A DNA stretch of 63,993 nt, the filler included, from Asterionella formosa (lineage: Eukaryota): NCBI GenBank assembly GCA_002256025.1. It is 6 parts of 6 records of this genome, joined end to end, with 100 filler letters (N's around TTAATTAATTAA, not from the genome) between each part and the next. Parts side by side here need not be neighbours in the genome. Positions count along the whole stretch, not along the records: positions 21,445 to 32,044 come from NKIB01009314.1; positions 32,145 to 42,739 come from NKIB01009318.1; 4 more parts are not named here. One strand, given 5' to 3'. A model generated the notes under the pieces. The model made no database searches. It was given only the letters and a program-made list of their open reading frames with translations, and was not told the origin of the DNA. Positions 22,809 through 34,312 of this stretch are shown piece by piece; the first letter of the stretch is position 1; every line of letters begins with the position of its first letter. The translations under genes were made by a program, and so were the position numbers.

Positions 22809-23470
22809 GCACATGCCCACATGGACATTTATCATGTTGGCTGCTGATGCTGGTCCCATTTCATGTTCGACAGTCTTCGGACGATTTTTATTGGGCGTTG
22901 GAGCACGTTTCGTGGCATTATTTGCAAACCTGGAGCATTGTCCGTACTCGGAACAGAGTTTGTCACAACTTGTGAACTAAAAATTCCTTACTATTACTGA
23001 CGGTTTATACATTGGATTAAATTTAAAGTACTTACCGGTATGTGAGTTGATATTTACTTGGTGGAGGAGTATACCGGTAGTTAGGCAGAGCGAGTAGATA
23101 ACCCGAGTATAGTACCGGGCGGTACATCAATGATCAACACGCTATAGACTGTCTAAAATGCGTACCGTTGCTCCCTGTTGAGAGATCCCTTGAATAATAA
23201 AATGTGGCATGTGCTATGCAAGGTACTCTTATATCGTACTTTGTACTTATTTTGAAAATAATAGCAGTAGACTACCAGGTAGTCGAGTCTGCTGGTACCT
23301 GGTACCAGGTACTGCAGTCTATGTATGTACCGGTATCTAGGATGCCCTCCCTCGTACTACCAGGTACAGCTACCAGGTAGCATGCAGGAAGACGGAGGAT
23401 CAGCCAAAACACTGCACAACATTGTTCCCGAACAAACAACAACGTGAGCAGGTACCAGGGGTACTGGAAC

Positions 23471-24976
23471 ATGCTGGTATCTGGTGCTCCGACTAGAGGC
23501 AGATATCACAACATCCCTTTTTCATTCACTCCATATATAATACGGGTAGGCGCCAAGGAATTGCCTTCTTTAAATCATCACCAGACCTCCATCATCCCAT
23601 GGCTTCCCGATCCTGACACCTTGTTTGCTCCGAATATGCTCTATCCCGATCTTATCATTCGGATCACGTTGGTCCTGGATGACGACAACTCGGAACTTAC
23701 ACCTTCCATTTGGCGCCGATTTCGTGTCAACGCTGGCATGAGCCTCGAGGCGTTTCAGGACAAAATTTTGCAACCGATTATGGGATGGACGCGCAACTAC
23801 CATTCTTATTACTTCGATAAAGGTGGCCAGAGGTATATTAATGAAGAGTTAACATCGAGAGACGCTGCAACTACTTCGTTGTTGGTGACCCCGTCGGCGT
23901 TGCCGGCTGAAAAGTGCCGACTGAGCGACCTGCTGACCAAAGAAAACGACGAACTTGTCTATGTCTACGATCTTGGTTGCTGTTGGCGGCACATACTTAG
24001 GGTGGAGCAGAGAATAGTCGATGGGGCGCATGGAAAGTGCCTCATTGTCAACGGTGCCATGCGATGCCCAGACGAAGATGGAGGCGGGTGTCGCGTGTAT
24101 CAATCGGAAGTTCTGGATTTGCTCAATCGTACACGCTCAGATCCCACAGATTTGTCGAATATTCGAGAGTTTGCACACAATTGCTTTCGCCGTCATACGC
24201 ACATGAATGTTCGGAACAGATTCGACCCCCAGGAATTTGACCTTGCCGCGACACAGCTTGCTATTCATACTTCGCTTCGTTCGAGAATTTCTGCACGTAA
24301 CGGAGGAGGCAAAATGATTGTGAGCGGGAATGAAGGGATTGATATCGCTCGATTAAAGCGACAAGCAGGTCAGCGGATTGTTAGAACGCAAGTGGAAGAT
24401 GGTTTTCATGAAGTATCTCTTGTCATGACAGAAGTTGTTAACTGGAAACCCGACGATCCAAGTGTTGCCCTGTGTGTTTGTGGGAATCCGAACAATCTGC
24501 GAACGTGTTCTGCATGTCATGTAACTTCGTTTTGTAGCCGTGAATGTCAAAAGAGAGAGTGGCCATTGCACAAGCAAATTTGCAGAGATGAAAAGGCAAA
24601 GGTAGAGTCATTTCAAGAAGAACTTGAGGGGAAATCAGCAGATGCCGCCCAAATTCTCGACAGTAGCCTCCCTGTGAAGGCTTTTGACCCAAGCAATCTG
24701 CGTTTCCGAGTTGGTGATCGAGTGGAGTGCATCATGGGAGAAGAATTGTGGGCAACTGGAAGAATAGTTCAAACTCACTACAAAGAGGACGACATGGAGG
24801 AGATGGCTCCATACCAGGTCAAGCTTGATGCGGCGAGTGCACGAAGGCTGGGAGCACCTTCACGAGATGCAGCTTTGATCTATGCGCCTTTTGACGATGA
24901 CTACTATATCCGAAAGCTTCCTTATCAAAAACCGAAATTTAAACCCAAGAGAATAGAGTATGAGATAGTAGACTAA
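23471..24976 (+). CDS. pRiA4b ORF3-like (MM3350-like) domain + MYND zinc finger + C-terminal SH3-like domain
   Basis: IWRRFRV...L..FQDKILQPIMGW..YHSYYF, YVYDLGCCWRH, GAMRCPDEDGGG, FDPQEFDL; MYND-like C.C...CSACHVTSFCSRECQKREWPLHKQIC; LRFRVGDRVEC...PYQVKLD...IYAPFDDD. First ATG 23471 (track start is GTG). Confidence 0.75.
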   Translation: MLVSGAPTRGRYHNIPFSFTPYIIRVGAKELPSLNHHQTSIIPWLPDPDTLFAPNMLYPDLIIRITLVLDDDNSELTPSIWRRFRVNAGMSLEAFQDKILQPIMGWTRNYHSYYFDKGGQRYINEELTSRDAATTSLLVTPSALPAEKCRLSDLLTKENDELVYVYDLGCCWRHILRVEQRIVDGAHGKCLIVNGAMRCPDEDGGGCRVYQSEVLDLLNRTRSDPTDLSNIREFAHNCFRRHTHMNVRNRFDPQEFDLAATQLAIHTSLRSRISARNGGGKMIVSGNEGIDIARLKRQAGQRIVRTQVEDGFHEVSLVMTEVVNWKPDDPSVALCVCGNPNNLRTCSACHVTSFCSRECQKREWPLHKQICRDEKAKVESFQEELEGKSADAAQILDSSLPVKAFDPSNLRFRVGDRVECIMGEELWATGRIVQTHYKEDDMEEMAPYQVKLDAASARRLGAPSRDAALIYAPFDDDYYIRKLPYQKPKFKPKRIEYEIVD

Positions 24977-24999
24977 GAGACTAGATCGCTTTAGTAAGT

Positions 25000-26751
25000 T
25001 TAAGGAATTGCGACTGGCTGTCGCGCGAGCTCTTGCTGAACCTCGTTGGGTATGTCGTTGGCTAATCGGACTACGTACATCGTCATTGGCGGGGTCGTTT
25101 CTTGTGCGTCGTCCATGGACATATCTTTAGGTCGTTCAGACAGCTTTCTAGGTACCACACAACCAGGGTTCTGATCCCCTTGCAAGCTGCCTTCTGCGAT
25201 AGCCTTCGCAGCTAGTTGTCCGCTCAAAATCGCACCTTCCATACTCGCGAGATAACGTTGTTTGGAAAAATCTCCAGCCATAAAAAAATTAGAAATCGGA
25301 GACTTTTGCGAGGGCCTGTATTGTTCGCAGCCAGGTAAGGTTTCATACACTGACGTTGGTGTTCGGATACATGCAAATTTGGTGACCTTGGCCATTGACT
25401 GGTCAGCTCTAATTTCTTCTGGAAAAAGGATCTCAAGTTCATTTAACGTCGCTTGGAGAATCTCATCATCAGACTTTGTCAGCCAACCGGCAGCTGGAGC
25501 AAAAACAAGCTCCAAAATAGAATGGTCATTGGAGGCATATCCCTTACAGGTTTCACTCATGTCTGCGTAGACAGACAACAATTTGCTACGACTGAAGATT
25601 AGATTGTCAACCGTTGAAAGTTTCCGATCAAGCCACAAGTGCAAGTTCATGACTGGAACACCACGTAAATTTACCAAGTCATCAAAGTATGGTACACCTC
25701 TCCATTCTGATGGACATAGCTTCTTGATGGCTTCTACCGGCATGGCATTTACATAAAAATCCGCAGATACAACCTCATTACCCCTTAGCAATAATCCAGC
25801 CACTGACTTGTCGTCATTCACAAGGATCCGAGTAACGGGAGAGTCTGTGCGGACCAAACCCCCACGAGTTTCAATGTATTCCTTGAGTGGTTCGCACAGT
25901 CGTTCCGTGGGCGATCCGTCCAGAAAAGCTATCTTGCTACCATGGGTTTCCTGCAAAAATCGGTTCAGCGCTATCAAAACACATTGCATGGAAAGTTTGT
26001 CAGGATCGATAAAATTCAGGGCCTTACTCATGGCTATAAATACTTCATTTGTCACACGATCTGGAATGCCTCGTGCTCTCATCCATTCTAAGACTGTCAC
26101 GCCTTCCTGGGCTTCAACATAATCTTGCCCAAAGATATATGCAGGAACGAGCCCAATTCCAAGTTTTATTTTTTCCAGCCACGTCAGCAAATCCGTATTG
26201 GAAAGAATAGCAACTCCAGCGTTTAGAGGCGCAGGCAAGGGAGGAAAGTCAAAAGTGGAGAATTCCCTCTTAGAGCCTCCAGGCTTTGCAAACAACATAG
26301 CGTGCTCCTTCCACTGAAGTCGGTCCGATATTCCTAGCTCGTCAAAGAGAGTTATAGCATTAGGATATGCCCCGAAAAAAACATGAAGTCCAGTCTCCAC
26401 GACATGTGTCCCGTCCGCTGACCTCCAAGCAGCTACCTTACCACCTAGCAAGTCACGCGCTTCTAGAACAATAGGGCAGTGACCGGCATCAACAAGGTGC
26501 TTCGCAGTCGACAAGCCGGCGAGGCCACCTCCCATGACAATGACTTTCTTTGGCTGTTTTGGTCGTGGCAGGCCCTTGAGATCAGCTACATTGCGTCTTG
26601 CTTCCACATGAGTGGGTTCGTTGTCAAATGGAGGACGTGCAATATCGACCATTGAAACCGCAGACAGATATGGTCTGCTGAAGGAAGCACACATGAATCC
26701 CCACGAAGCAGTCACCAAAGACAGCGCTAGGATACAGTGAAGCATCATCAT
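25000..26751 (-). CDS. PDS: 15-cis-phytoene desaturase, plastid-targeted
   Basis: GGGLAGL FAD motif, LGGKVAAW, ETGLHVFFGAYPN, FLQETHGSKIAFLDG, YLASMEGAILSG; signal peptide followed by Phe. Confidence 0.95.
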   Translation of the reverse strand: MMMLHCILALSLVTASWGFMCASFSRPYLSAVSMVDIARPPFDNEPTHVEARRNVADLKGLPRPKQPKKVIVMGGGLAGLSTAKHLVDAGHCPIVLEARDLLGGKVAAWRSADGTHVVETGLHVFFGAYPNAITLFDELGISDRLQWKEHAMLFAKPGGSKREFSTFDFPPLPAPLNAGVAILSNTDLLTWLEKIKLGIGLVPAYIFGQDYVEAQEGVTVLEWMRARGIPDRVTNEVFIAMSKALNFIDPDKLSMQCVLIALNRFLQETHGSKIAFLDGSPTERLCEPLKEYIETRGGLVRTDSPVTRILVNDDKSVAGLLLRGNEVVSADFYVNAMPVEAIKKLCPSEWRGVPYFDDLVNLRGVPVMNLHLWLDRKLSTVDNLIFSRSKLLSVYADMSETCKGYASNDHSILELVFAPAAGWLTKSDDEILQATLNELEILFPEEIRADQSMAKVTKFACIRTPTSVYETLPGCEQYRPSQKSPISNFFMAGDFSKQRYLASMEGAILSGQLAAKAIAEGSLQGDQNPGCVVPRKLSERPKDMSMDDAQETTPPMTMYVVRLANDIPNEVQQELARQPVAIP

Positions 26752-27205
26752 GGTCAGTTTATTACTTTTTCTTTTAGGTAAGTCGAGAATGGGACGAGCG
26801 CGACTACCGGTACCAGGTGTCTACGACCGGTCGTACGCACATATATAAAATTTGATAGCGTCGAGTCGAGGCAGTCGAAGGAGGAGCATGAAGCAAGCAG
26901 AGGGGCCACATCACATAATTCGGCTGGTGGCGGGACCAGAAGGTCCCCTACATACCGGTACTTACTTACCTTTTTGGAGCATACCGAAACCGATTCAAAA
27001 AATATACATAAATATATGAAAGTAATATATTTGAATTGCCGTTTTTAGTACGAACACCGTTTGACTCGCCGGATATCTCCTTGATGCACCCGCGTCCGTC
27101 CCGTCATGAGCAAACCACAGCAATTTTAATTGTTATTACATTTGACTTTGTTCATCGAAACCCACGTTTGTTAATACATCATCCGCAGCCACCACCATTT
27201 CAACT

Positions 27206-30200
27206 ATGGCGCTGTCAACTGGGGGCCAAGGCGCTTTGAGACAGCTTCCGTCTCCATCTGAAAGCCAGACGCAAAGTCTAGCATCGCTCAGTCTTCCTCC
27301 TGCCTTTCGTTCGGAGCGAAAGCTTTTCTCGACGAGCAACAATCTCGGTGTGGACGTTCTCAAGGTTGTGAGGGTAAGAGATTTTTACTGGAGTAGTCTA
27401 CTGCATTTGTTGACATTTGTGTAGTTTTTAGTTGTAAATTTGCATTTTCTATCCTTTCACTGTTTCTAACTCTCTCTCTTTCCAATGACGCTTTCGATGA
27501 AGAATGGTAAACTGCAGCAACGCAGAGTCGCTTTTTCGTCGGACAATCGGACCATTTATGTCACGACTAATCGCATTAGATCTGTCAAACATTTGCTAAA
27601 GACGCTCAACCCGGCACAAAAGAATCCGGTTTCAGCAAAGGGTATCGATGTCAGTACGATTCATTCAATTCAGAGAGGTCAACAGACTAATCGTTTCTTC
27701 ATGGCCAGGTAGGTTACTATTGCGATGTGAAAGTGCGAGCTTTAAACGGAACGAAAGTAAGGTTTCTAACGCAATCTTACCCGTTCTTCCAATATTAGAT
27801 CGATTGACACTTTGCCTCAGCACGCCAGAGACGATCTTCCGGGGGACGATTCGCGCTGTTTAAGTATAATCTATCGAGTCTCGACGGCACAGGCATCAAG
27901 TTATACAGATAACATTAGTGGGACCAAACCTAAAGTTGTCCCTCATCGATTTGATACCCTTGACTTGGTTGTTCCCAAAGCTGCCGACTATCAATCTCTA
28001 GTAACTGCCTTGGAACAGATTGTGGAGCGATATCGACAGGATATCAAGACGTATTCTTCAGAGTTGCTCTTTCTGGAATACCATTGGATTGACTTGGAAA
28101 AGGAAATCTCGCAAGAAATAAATCAAGGAGAGTTTACGACAATGTGTGATCGCATGAACGTTCCCATGAAAAAACCTATATTACAGACATATTTCCAAGA
28201 TTTTTGCCGAGAGCTCGGGGCTGAAGATGAGACAATTAACATTCGCCAAACTTACTCTCTGCTGGAAGTGATAAAGGAAGTATGTATAGATGATGTGGGA
28301 ATCGGCGAACTAGAACATCCATTGCATAAGATTTGGAGCAAAATTTTGGAAACTGATCCTGTGCCTTCCCCAACGTTTGCTGGTGCTGATCCACAAGCGC
28401 AGATAGAGTTGGAACTAAATCCAGTGGAACCTTCCATATCTGCGGTAGCCTTTCTTTCATTTCTTCGATCGCAGCAACGCGAGTATTCTGTCAGCCTTGA
28501 TAATGTTCATGCCTTGGCAGGTGTACTCAATTCGCAGGTGACATTCGAAGATATTTGGCCAGCGGTTGATAGAAAAACTAACCCCATTGAAAAGGAACGA
28601 ATAAATAAGTCTCGATTTCTTTCATTTATGACATCGGATTGGAATGATATTATGGATCCAAAATTGGGTACACCGGGCGCTTGTGACATGACACAACCGC
28701 TATCTCACTACTGGATCAATTCTTCCCATGATACCTACCTCGGACAACTTCCAAATTCGTTCAAGCCGAGGACACCTAGAGAATCGACTCATTCTGCAGT
28801 TGACATTCAGATGTATGTGGCTGCTTTGAACCGAGGGGTTCGATGTCTGGAGGTCGACTGCTGGGATGGCTTGTATGGTGAGCCTGTAGTGGCGCGCCTT
28901 CGACCGACTGACAACACTTGTACAATTCCGTTCTTGGATATCTTGCGACTACTTCGTTCCTTCTTGAAAGAAAACCCAGACTCATTTCCAATTATTCTTT
29001 ACATGGAGAATCATTGTTCTGTATCGAAACAAGAAACAATGGCAAGAGATTTGGAAGATGTTCTTGGAGCCGAAAACATGCTTTACATACCTCCAGAAAC
29101 TATGAAGGAAAAGTCGTCTCTTCCAAGCCCAGATGCTTTGCGAGGCAAGATAGTTGTCAAAAGCAAGCGCCCAAAGATCATCAAAGAAGGGGCAACAATT
29201 TTAGACGATGACTTTGACGACGAGAATACTTTAATGGAAGACGATGAAGACATCGTTTTGGACAGCATTCTGGACGATGACGATATCGAAGAAGACGCTA
29301 AGGGCTGGATCGTTGGTTTCGAAGCAGCTGGTCCAATTCGATCGAAATCGCCAAAGAATGCGAAGCGACATGTGACAGAATTATTAGAAGAAGCAGTCCG
29401 AGAAGCCACCAATGCAAAAGTTGATTTCGAGCGAGCTGAATTGAAAGCAAAAGAATTGTCAATTGATGCTGCGGACACTGAACGTATGGCATCGAGGTTG
29501 GCGTCCGAGTGCGGACTTTCTCTTGGACAAATCAAGGCATTAGCGCTAGAGGAGAAAGCAGCTCTCAATACTGGCTGCGACGCCGACGACGAGGGGACCG
29601 AAGTAAACCTCAACGACTTCACCACCAGTGACACTGGTGAAAATGAACCCTTAAATCAAGGAATTGAGGTCCACGACTTCTTTGGGGAAGCAGTTGAGGG
29701 TGCCCGGGCAACCCATTCGACTGCAGATACTGAAGCATTAAAAGCATCATTGGCGGTAAATGTAGCAAAACATAATTTGGATAAAGCTGAGGAAACCTTA
29801 CGAATTGCAAAGATGGGACTTGAAAACTCTTATAAAGCGGAGAAGGATGCTACCGAGGCATCGCGTAAGGCATCTGCTATAGCAAGGGCGAATAGAGAGC
29901 ACGCTGATACCGCAAGGAGTCGAGTCGACACGGTCAAGGACCTGCTGAAGAAAGTGAAAGACGGCGCATCGAGTGCGGAAACAGTTGCTGTTACAGCAGA
30001 GACCGAAGCCAAGATCAGCGAGCAACGTGCAGCCATGACCGAAGCTAGGGCTTCTCGGGCCCTTGCCACTGCTGATAAGGAGCGCGCAAAGGCAGATCTC
30101 GAAACCAAGAGAGAAGAGCGTCTCGAACAAGAGGCTGCCCAATATCACGAAATCTGTGTCGAAGCAACAAAATTGGCCCGAACGTGCAGAGACAGAATGG

Positions 30201-31987
30201 AAAAAGCAGCAGGAATGCTTGATCGTTGTAATGAACAAATCAAACTGATTGAAAGAAGTTCCCAATATCAACAGGAATTGCGAGAATCAAGCACAAACAG
30301 CGGGGCAGACTCAGATGTAGATGGAGTACCTCGGTATAGCAGCCGGTTCCTTGACAAACACGCTTCAAAGCTGGAAGAGCGCAAGATGTGCTTGCAATTG
30401 ATAAAGGAATCGTCGACAGAGAACTCAGCAGCCGAAGCAAAGAGGAGGCGAGCTCAGTCTGCTTTTGAAGATGCAGCTCACACCTGGAAGGGGCAGGCTG
30501 AAGTTGCTGCTGCGGCTAGGAAGCAAGCTGACCGAAGTTCACAAATCGCCGAGGAATTTGCAGAGCACGCTGAGGAGGAGCGTGAAGCTGCCACGCTACG
30601 GCACATTGCACGCGAGAAAGCCCAGAAAAGTATTTCTCAGACAGATAATAATCGAACAAGTGCTCAGGCCCAGCTCGCTGAGGCAGAACGAGCGTCAGCT
30701 GAAGCCGCCAGTCTTGCTACCGAGAGTCGGCAAAACGCAGAGCGCTTGGCACGAGAAGCTGCTTCTGCAAAAGATCATACACATGCACTTCGTGCAATAG
30801 ACGATGCAGTGTTGGCTCGAGATGCTGCCCAATCCGCTTTCAATTCTGCCCTCAACAACAAACTTGCTGCCGAGTCGAAGGCTGCCAATGCAAAGCGGAT
30901 TTACGATACGTCGGCAGAGGTCTTCTCTAGTGCGAAACGAGAAGCAGCGGCTGAAGCGCATAACTTGACTGCAAGACGACAATGGGAGAAAAATGCTGTG
31001 CTTGCATATAGCAAAGCCCTTATCTTCAGGAAGGAAGCACAGCATGCTCACGAGCTGGCAAAGATTGCGGCTACCACATCTTTTAAAAAGGCTGCTGCGG
31101 AACGGCATGCACGAGACTTTAAGGACAAAATGGACAAAACAACAATGATCTGTCCTGACCTAGCCTCTATGACTGCGTTGCATAGCTGCAAGTTCCGATA
31201 TTGGGAGAAAAGCCATTCACTTCCATTTTTTTACATGCACAGCATCTCGCAGTCTCTGGTTCTGGAAAAACTAGAAACCGACGAAAGAAAGACTCGCGAG
31301 GATTTCGCCAAATTTACAAAAACCCATTTGTGCAGAACTTTTCCATCGTGGAAAGTGACCGAAAAAAGTAGCAACCTCAATTTTGATCCTGTCGTTCAGC
31401 ATTCACTTGGCTGTCAGATTGTTGCGATGAACTTTCACTCTGCTGATGAACCATTGCTAGTCAACGATGGTCGTTTCCGAGCGAATGGATCATCAGGTTA
31501 TGTTCTGAAGCCGCCTCATCTCATCAACGACAAGAGTCCCATAGATCGGGAGCAGCAATGGAAGATTTCTGTTCTTTGCGGGAGTTGTCTTCCCAGGGCA
31601 GAGTCGTACATGTCAAAAAAGAACATTTCTGTTAGCTCGTCGTCGATCCTCTTGAACCCTTTTGTTCGGGTGACACTTTTCGAAGGAAACCCCAATTCTG
31701 GCCCAGTATTAGTTCATTCGACTGCCCCTGCAAAGGGCAATGGCCTGAATCCAGTTTGGGACAGTGAGAAGGACACGTTTGATATGTTTGTGGTAAAACC
31801 ATCCATTGCAATTGTCCTGTTCTCGGTGTATGATGCTAACACGAAAGATTTTATTGCCGGAGCTGCACTTCCGCTTAGTTGCTGCCGAGAAGGGTATCGC
31901 AGCATTGCCCTCTTTGATTCTATGCATATGAGATGTGGTCCGTACGCTTTCGCTTCATTGTTTGTGAAGGTTCAAAAACTGTCCTAA
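27206..31987 (+). CDS. PI-PLC-like protein (PH, EF-hand, X, long coiled-coil linker, Y, C2); probable exons 27206-27373, 27503-27708, 27799-31987
   Basis: DMTQPLSHYWINSSHDTYL, RGVRCLEVDCWDG, ENHCS, LPSPDALRGKIVVK, GCQIVAMNF, GYVLKP, NGLNPVW, GYRSIAL; GT-AG introns keep frame (first acceptor less certain). Confidence 0.85.
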
Positions 31988-32044
31988 AAGTTCGATGATG
32001 ATTAATTACAAAGAGTTGACATATTGCTATCTGCGATTGCACCA

Positions 32045-32144
32045 NNNNNNNNNNNNNNNNNNNNNNNNNNNNNNNNNNNNNNNNNNNNTTAATTAATTAA
32101 NNNNNNNNNNNNNNNNNNNNNNNNNNNNNNNNNNNNNNNNNNNN
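32045..32144. other. Artificial contig linker
   Basis: N44-TTAATTAATTAA-N44. Confidence 0.97.
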
Positions 32145-32150
32145 AGTTTG

Positions 32151-32719
32151 GCGACATGCATTGAATGTTATAATATGCAACAGCTGTTTCTAAACATATT
32201 TACGAATTCAATCGTTGACAGCTGCTCCTCCTCTGCTTTTTTTCTATATTGTACTTGTTAGAGCGAGTTACCGCTCCGAGAAGGAGACGGCCGTTATGCA
32301 TGGCACATCTTAATTTTGACTCACTACCGCGACATGCATTGAATATTAAAATATGCAACAGCTGTTTCTTATCGAATTTACAAACTCAATTGTTGTCAGC
32401 TACTCATCCTTTCCTTCTTTTTCTATATTGTACTTGCTAAAGTTATCGCTGTAGACTATTTGTAGCTGCTCCGAAACGGAGAAGGCCATTACGGCACATC
32501 TCAATTTTGACTCACTACAGCGACATCCAAAGTTAAAATATGCAACAGCTGTTTCTTAACGAATTTACAAATTCAATTGTTGTCAGCTACTCATCCTCTC
32601 CTTCTTTTTCTATATTGTACTTGCTAGAGTTATCGCTGTAGACTATTTGTAGCTGCTCCGAAACGGAGAAGGCCATTGTGGCACATCTCAATTTCGATTC
32701 ACTACGGAGACATGCAATG
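32151..32719. repeat. Tandem repeat, 3+ units of 178-191 bp
   Basis: Units start GCGACAT at 32151, 32329 and 32520, with a partial unit near 32707; shared AATATGCAACAGCTGTTTCT and TTTTTCTATATTGTACTTG. Confidence 0.9.
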
Positions 32720-34004
32720 CTCAATGACGCTCAACGAGTACCAACGGTGCTTTATTTCTAATCTGGCAGGCTACTGTAATCTCTACAATCAAAAATGACT
32801 AAACAATGTGTCTACAACATCAACTACTACGACGTGTACTGAATTCTACTGTGTGAATCTTCCTCTTGCATGTGTTATTCTTTGCCAGTTCAAATCAAAG
32901 AAAGATGTCGGGGTGGGAAAAAATAATAAGTGAATAGGAATTGGCGACTCTTTCGTTCATTATATGGTGAAAGCAGCATAATATTGCGGCAGAGCAGCAT
33001 AATTTCGCTTTTTTTTCTGTCGCGATGGCTAGGTGGTTAACATATAATGTCACGAACACACATAATTATTGGTGTGATCACATAATTATTCCATAAGTGT
33101 AATAATTTTTTTGTTTAACCCGAATAAATTAGGGAAAAGGTTACATAATGTTTTAGAAAAGTAACATAATATTGTAAAAAAGTAGCATAAATACGTCACT
33201 TCAGACATAAATTCGAAAAAGTGCCGTAAACAGCGTCTTAGATGTTGTTGTTAGTTCAAACGTTTTCTAAAAATTTCTATTTTTGATGCACTGGCGAATC
33301 CGAGAATCATGATGGCATCTATACTTATTCCTAGAGTGTTTACTCTTTATAGCTAATCCTACAACAGTATTAATATGCATAGACTCTACCACTTGGATCG
33401 TGATGGATATGAATATATGCCAATCTCATCACTTATATGATTATTCGACCAGAATTGTGGCATGCACGAAATATTTCTGCATCATGAGAAGAGCAGCAGA
33501 CGAAATTATTCTATGAACGCTTCCGGCAAGCCGACAACATCAAGGTCAGCATTGCCTGAGCCTGTAGCATTCTGCGTGTTAATCGCGCCACAACAATCTT
33601 GCAACTTCGACTGTTAAAATAAATCACAGGCCAAGGATGTCGCCATCGCAAGTGTCATTGGCATCGCCCGTGTTGGCGTTGCTTCTTTTTTCAGGATGGT
33701 GACCAGTAAGAATACAATTATAGTATAAATACGTTAACAAATCGCCAGAATACAATAAAATGCTGTTATTTTTTCTGTACATTTGAAATATTTGGGAGTG
33801 TTGCGCCCGATGTACAAAGGGGGGTACTGGTATCTGGGGGATACAAGACACAGGTTTTACGGTAAAGTCATAACCTTCGCTAAACCAATAATTGATCAAA
33901 GAGGAGCAACAGCTTTTGATCAATCAAACAACGTATCAATAGATCAAAACATTTAGTTAGCATATTAGTTTTGATAACTAATATATATGACTTCTATCTA
34001 GCTA

Positions 34005-34295
34005 TGCGTAACCTGACATGTGTGAGAAAATAATCTGACAAACAAATTTGATTGACCACACCAACACGGTCATTGATATATCAAAATTATCATCAACATA
34101 AAAAAAAATTTGATCAATATATCAAGAATGTTGGTTCACCAATTAGATTTGGCAACTAGTATATACGAGTTCTTATATACGCATAACCTGACGTGTGCAT
34201 GCTACTAACCTAATGTACAAATTTGATTGATCATACAGGCACTGCCATTGATATATCAAAATTATCATCAACATGTCAAAATATTTGAATAAATC
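34005..34295. repeat. Imperfect direct repeat (two ~120-bp units, ~175 bp apart)
   Basis: TAACCTGAC, ACAAATTTGATTGA and CATTGATATATCAAAATTATCATCAACAT each occur twice. Confidence 0.75.
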
Positions 34296-34312
34296 AATCA
34301 GTTTTTTAACGT

